32,338 nt of DNA from Muribaculaceae bacterium (GTDB lineage: Bacteria > Bacteroidota > Bacteroidia > Bacteroidales > Muribaculaceae), in the NCBI GenBank assembly GCA_029057255.1, contig JAICZO010000461.1, positions 1 through 32,338 on the forward strand, written 5' to 3'. Below, in pieces: positions 28,436 to 32,338 of the stretch; the first letter of the stretch is position 1, and every line of letters starts with the position of its first letter. The notes below the pieces were generated by a model. That model searched no databases. It was not told where the DNA came from and saw only the letters and a program-made list of their open reading frames with translations. The translations under genes were made by a program, and so were the position numbers.

Positions 28436-28939
28436 TCAGCGGTAGTCGGAGAAGCGCTCCTGCAGTTTCTTGCGGGCTGCGAAGATGCGGCTTTTCACGG
28501 TGCCGAGAGGAAGGCCGATGTGTTCGGCGATCTCGTTGTACTTGTAGCCGGCGATGTGCATCGAGAAAGGCACGCGGAACTCTTCAGAGAATTCGTTGAT
28601 GGCTTCGGTGATTTCAGCTGCGCTGTAGCTGTCCTCGGGCGATTCGATGCCGCTGTCCTGGCTGAGGTTGAGGTGGTAGAGGTTGTCGGTGGTGTCAACG
28701 ACTGTCGAGGCACGCATGCCGCGGCGGTAGTTGTTGATGAAGATATTACGCATGATGGTGAATACCCATCCCTTGAAGTTTGTGCCTTCGGCGTACTTCT
28801 CTTCATTGTCAAGAGCTTTGAGCGTTGTGTCCTGCAGCAGGTCGTATGCGTCGTCACGGTTGGATGTGAGCATGTAAGCAAAGTTGAGCAGGTTGCTCTG
28901 GAGATTCATGAGGTTGTTCTGAAATTTTACGCTTGCCAT
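28436..28939 (-). CDS. ECF-type RNA polymerase sigma-70 factor
   Basis: Region 2 DAYDLLQDT...FKGWVFTIMRNIFINNYRR; region 4 YKYNEIAEHIGLPLGTVKSRIFAARKKL; 167 aa. Confidence 0.95.
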   Translation of the reverse strand: MASVKFQNNLMNLQSNLLNFAYMLTSNRDDAYDLLQDTTLKALDNEEKYAEGTNFKGWVFTIMRNIFINNYRRGMRASTVVDTTDNLYHLNLSQDSGIESPEDSYSAAEITEAINEFSEEFRVPFSMHIAGYKYNEIAEHIGLPLGTVKSRIFAARKKLQERFSDYR

Positions 28940-28991
28940 AGTAGTCGATTATTTAGGAGTGAATAGGTCGATTGAATTTTGTTTGATGGCT

Positions 28992-29022
28992 CAAAGTTAG
29001 GGGCAATTCGCCGGGATGCAAG
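28992..29022 (-). promoter_or_regulatory. Sigma-A promoter of the ECF sigma gene
   Basis: Minus strand TAACTTTG at 28999-28992; CTTG 19 nt upstream. Confidence 0.68.
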
Positions 29023-29367
29023 ATTTGTAATGCAAATAAATGTTAAAGCAAATATTTGGCGAGATGCACCCTTGTAACAAATTGAATAACAGCAACATAA
29101 ATTTGCATAAAATTGTTACACAATTGTTACAACACTTGAAACATATAGGTGGTGTAACTGAAACGTAACATCTTTGTGTCTTGAATGTATGCTTCCGAAT
29201 CCGCCCTCCGGAGCGTGTCGAGAACTATTTGGAGGGGCATATGTTCTATTGATAGATGTCGGAATTGTGAACGCCGGATAAGTATGGTTAATTAACGGTA
29301 AATGCGGTTTACTTTTCCCGCCGTCGCTTGTTTAGCACATACAGAAACTCAAAAACACTTATATAAT

Positions 29368-30369
29368 ATGGACTTTCTTACTGACGAAAAACTTCTTATT
29401 GTAGGCGCCGCCGGCATGATCGGCTCCAATATGGCACAGACAGCCATGATGATGCGTCTTACTCCCAATATCTGTCTCTACGACCCCTATGCACCCGCTC
29501 TCGAGGGTGTTGCCGAGGAACTTCTGCACTGCGCCTTTGAGGGCGTCAACCTGACCTTTACATCCGATGTCGAGGAGGCCTTCACCGGTGCGAAGTACAT
29601 CGTATCGTCGGGTGGCGCGGCACGTAAGGCCGGCATGACCCGCGAGGACCTTCTCAAGGGCAACGCCCAGATTGCCGAGGAATTCGGCAAGAACGTGCGC
29701 AAGTACTGCCCCGATGTCCGCCACGTCGTAGTCATCTTCAACCCCGCCGACATCACAGGTCTTATCGCCCTTCTTTACTCGGGTCTGAAACCGTCGCAGG
29801 TGTCGACTCTCGCAGCGCTTGACAGCACACGTCTGCGCTCCGAGCTGGCCAAGTACTTCGGCATCTCGGCCGACAAAGTCGAGAACTCGCGTACCTATGG
29901 CGGCCACGGCGAGCAGATGGCGGTCTTTGCATCGACAACTATGGTCGACGGCCGTAAGCTCACCGAGCTTATCGGCACCGAATACCTCCCCACCGATGAA
30001 TGGGAGAAGATGAAACAGCGTGTAGTGCAGGGCGGCAAGCACATCATCGACCTCCGCGGACGCTCGTCGTTCCAGAGCCCGGCATATCTCTCTATCGAGA
30101 TGATAGCTGCCGCGATGGGCGGACGACCCTTCCGCTGGCCTGTGGGCACATATGTCGACAACGGCAAGTTCAACCACATCGTGATGGCTATGGAGACAAC
30201 ACTCGACCGCAACGGCGTACATTGCCGCGAAGTGCAGGGCACGCCTGAAGAGGAGCGCGAGCTTGAGCAGAGCTACAAGCACCTGTGCGCTCTCCGCGAC
30301 GAAGTTATCGAGATGGGTGTTCTGCCTCCTATCGACAAATGGCACGAACTCAACCCCAACATCCGATAG
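29368..30369 (+). CDS. mdh: Malate dehydrogenase (LDH/MDH family)
   Basis: Start ATG 29368 after an AT-rich leader. VGAAGMIGS; ARKAGMTREDL, with Arg at the substrate-specificity position indicating MDH; NPAD, LDSTRL and GGHG. Confidence 0.92.
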   Translation: MDFLTDEKLLIVGAAGMIGSNMAQTAMMMRLTPNICLYDPYAPALEGVAEELLHCAFEGVNLTFTSDVEEAFTGAKYIVSSGGAARKAGMTREDLLKGNAQIAEEFGKNVRKYCPDVRHVVVIFNPADITGLIALLYSGLKPSQVSTLAALDSTRLRSELAKYFGISADKVENSRTYGGHGEQMAVFASTTMVDGRKLTELIGTEYLPTDEWEKMKQRVVQGGKHIIDLRGRSSFQSPAYLSIEMIAAAMGGRPFRWPVGTYVDNGKFNHIVMAMETTLDRNGVHCREVQGTPEEERELEQSYKHLCALRDEVIEMGVLPPIDKWHELNPNIR

Positions 30370-30390
30370 TTGCCGATAATCTTTAACTTG

Positions 30391-30442
30391 AAAAATGACA
30401 ACAGACGCACAGTCGGCGGATTCCCGGCTGTGCGTCATTTTT
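30391..30442. terminator. Intrinsic terminator after mdh, probably bidirectional
   Basis: GACGCACAGTCGG-cggattc-CCGGCTGTGCGTC-ATTTTT (30404-30442), with an A-tract at 30391-30395. Confidence 0.82.
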
Positions 30443-30484
30443 GTGTGTACGTACTTTCTGTAGCTGCTTTGGCTTTTCTCCTTT

Positions 30485-30802
30485 TCAGATGCTGAGGAAT
30501 GTCGGCACGAACTGGATGCCGAGCACCGAAGCTATGCGGAAGAAGCTTGAAATTTGAATGTCTGCTTTGCCGCTTTCTACACGCGCTATATAGCTCTGTT
30601 CGCGCCCGAGACGTTCGGCTACCTGCTTCTGAGTCAGTTTAAGCTCTTTTCGCCTTTCTTTGAGCATATTACCATAGAACCATGCCAAAGACTCTTCGTC
30701 AAAACTCTCGCGAGACTCTGAACCGGGCTTGCCGTATCGCTCGTCGAGGAGTTCGTTGAAGGTCGGCAAATTTTTCAGTTTTTCTTGATTTATCTGTCTC
30801 AT
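30485..30802 (-). CDS. XRE-family HTH antitoxin (HigA-like)
   Basis: LKERRKELKLTQKQVAERLGREQSYIARVESG HTH; lies downstream of the toxin with a 4-nt overlap. Confidence 0.85.
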   Translation of the reverse strand: MRQINQEKLKNLPTFNELLDERYGKPGSESRESFDEESLAWFYGNMLKERRKELKLTQKQVAERLGREQSYIARVESGKADIQISSFFRIASVLGIQFVPTFLSI

Positions 30803-31167
30803 GATAGTAGTTCGTCCAATATTTTGTTAGCGGTTTCGATTTCTTTTATATAGTCTTTTGTAGATTTTTTGATAAAGCCGTTTAGCAGAATAACCTTTGA
30901 AGCCTGGATGACGTTGTCATGGTCAATAGCGAAAACGACAGTCCGGTATTCATTTGGTCCGACAGATACTCTCATCTCGTATAAGTCTGTGTTCTGTAGG
31001 TGCTTGATGAATTTTGTGGGTATGTCGTAAATGTTAATGATGACATTCATGACATAGTCAAACTTAGTCTGCACTTTTCGGGGCAGCTTAAAGTAGAACT
31101 CGTCGAACTGCTTTGTGCGTATTATAGTCCGCAGCGGTTTTTCCTTGCTTAATGGCTCTTCTTTCAT
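30799..31167 (-). CDS. RelE/ParE-superfamily toxin (HigB/Gp49-like)
   Basis: FDEFYFKLPRKVQTKF, KHL...DLYEMRV...NEYR, LLNGFIKKS and KEIETA; toxin-first gene order; AT-rich. Confidence 0.87.
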   Translation of the reverse strand: MKEEPLSKEKPLRTIIRTKQFDEFYFKLPRKVQTKFDYVMNVIINIYDIPTKFIKHLQNTDLYEMRVSVGPNEYRTVVFAIDHDNVIQASKVILLNGFIKKSTKDYIKEIETANKILDELLS

Positions 31168-31171
31168 TCTG

Positions 31172-31203
31172 CAAAGATAACTAATTAGTTATATATAGGC
31201 AAA
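31172..31203 (-). promoter_or_regulatory. TA operon promoter with 16-bp palindromic operator
   Basis: Minus strand TTTG (31203-31200), 20-nt spacer, TATCTTTG (31179-31172); perfect palindrome ATAACTAATTAGTTAT at 31177-31192. Confidence 0.85.
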
Positions 31204-31253
31204 TAATTCATCATATTTGTTTGAGAGCGGCAGAGCATTTGATGTGTATATAC

Positions 31254-31285
31254 AAAAAGAAAAGGCAGGGGAGGCCTGCCTTTTC
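31254..31285 (-). terminator. Intrinsic terminator of pnp
   Basis: GAAAAGGCAGG-N5-CCTGCCTTTTC stem followed by TTTTT on the minus strand. Confidence 0.85.
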
Positions 31286-31308
31286 GGTTATGTTGTCACT
31301 GTCGGTGA

Positions 31309-32338
31309 TCAGTCTTTTTTAGGACCGCGTTCGCCACGGGGACGGTTGCCGCCTTCACGACGGGGACCGCGTTCGCCGCGGGGACGGTCGCCTTCGCGAC
31401 GGGGACGTTCGCCGCGGGGTGCGCGCTGGGGCTCTACATAGCCTTCAGGCTTGGGGAGGAGGGCACGCATCGAGAGGCGGTACTTGCCGGTCTTCTTGTC
31501 GATTTCGATGAGCTTGACCTGTACTTTGTCGCCTTCTTTGAGGCCGCTTGCTTCCATGTCGTCGAGGCGCTCCCAAGCGATTTCGCTGATGTGGAGGAGG
31601 CCGTCGCGGTGGGGCATGAATTCAACGAAAGCACCGAAGTCCATGATCGAGCGTACTGTGCCGTCGTATACCTTGCCCTCTTCGGGGAGTTCTACGATAG
31701 CGTTGATCATGGCGAGAGCCTTGTCGATAGAGGCCTTGTTTGTGCCGGCCACTTCGATGTAGCCGCCTTCTTCGATTTCGTCGATCGAGACTGTGGCTCC
31801 GCTTTCTTCCTGGATGCCCTGGATGATTTTTCCACCCGGGCCGATAACAGCACCGATAAGCTCTTTGGGGATGAGCATGGTGACGATGCGGGGCACGTGG
31901 GGCTTGTAGTCTTCGCGGGGTGCGGGGATTGTCTGCTCGATTTTGTCGAGGATGTGGAGACGTCCGTCGCGAGCCTGCATGAGAGCCTTCTCGAGGATTT
32001 CGTAGCTGAGGCCGTCGCACTTGATGTCCATCTGTGTGGCAGTGATGCCGTCGCGAGTACCTGTCACCTTGAAGTCCATGTCGCCGAGGTGGTCCTCATC
32101 GCCGAGGATGTCGCTGAGGATAGCGTATTTGGGGCTCTCGGTGTCGGTGATAAGACCCATAGCGATACCGCTGACGGGCTTTTTCATCTTCACGCCTGCG
32201 TCGAGGAGTGCGAGAGTGCCGGCGCATACTGTTGCCATCGACGACGAGCCGTTGCTCTCGAGGATGTCGCTGACAACGCGGCATACGTAGGGGAAGTCAT
32301 CGGGGAACATGCGCTTGAGGGCGCGGTGTGCGAGGTTG
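31309..32338 (-). CDS. pnp: Polyribonucleotide nucleotidyltransferase (5' part outside the window)
   Basis: Frame is open to the window edge ([12 protein letters not shown]...). [27 protein letters not shown] domain IGPGGK and S1 domain FGAFVE...DGLLHISE. Confidence 0.98.
   Translation of the reverse strand, partial: NLAHRALKRMFPDDFPYVCRVVSDILESNGSSSMATVCAGTLALLDAGVKMKKPVSGIAMGLITDTESPKYAILSDILGDEDHLGDMDFKVTGTRDGITATQMDIKCDGLSYEILEKALMQARDGRLHILDKIEQTIPAPREDYKPHVPRIVTMLIPKELIGAVIGPGGKIIQGIQEESGATVSIDEIEEGGYIEVAGTNKASIDKALAMINAIVELPEEGKVYDGTVRSIMDFGAFVEFMPHRDGLLHISEIAWERLDDMEASGLKEGDKVQVKLIEIDKKTGKYRLSMRALLPKPEGYVEPQRAPRGERPRREGDRPRGERGPRREGGNRPRGERGPKKD
31322..31419 (-). repeat. Degenerate coding tandem repeat (about 39-42 nt, about 2.5 copies) in the pnp tail
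   Basis: GGACCGCGTTCGCC(A/G)CGGGGACGGT recurs; encodes [33 protein letters not shown]. Confidence 0.75.

Noticed and set aside
29240-29282. Rex-like (TTGTGAA) and Cur/Crp-like (TATGTT) half-sites upstream of mdh
   Set aside because: Only one half of each palindrome matches.

Overview
GC-rich (~60% by eye) core-genome window from a gut Bacteroidales organism. Muribaculaceae is a plausible family, inferred from GC content and gene content only. From left to right it holds: three tandem FKBP-type PPIases on the minus strand (the leftmost is truncated by the window edge and missing from the ORF track); a divergent dcw operon (rsmH-ftsL-ftsI-murE-mraY-murD-ftsW-murG-murC-ftsQ-ftsA-ftsZ, with no mraZ and no murF) that runs on into cobB, a secreted SGNH hydrolase, a DUF4494-like gene and yggS; a separately promoted HTH-S24 (LexA/CI-like) repressor with rnhB and an SDR; phoH-purC-ubiE/menG, a DUF3078-like beta-barrel and two exported hypothetical proteins; an orphan ECF sigma factor divergent from mdh; a low-GC HigBA-like toxin-antitoxin pair; and the 3' part of pnp. 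I saw no tRNA, rRNA, CRISPR array or transposase. The most interesting signals are regulatory. The mraZ-less dcw promoter is packed with palindromes and shares a 16/17-nt element with the promoter of the LexA/CI-like gene. Paired GTTACA-N5-GTTACA boxes lie between the ECF sigma gene and mdh. The toxin gene looks leaderless and has a perfect 16-bp operator. FtsA carries a long acidic tail with two basic amphipathic segments. All system-level ideas are hypotheses from reading the sequence, not database-confirmed.
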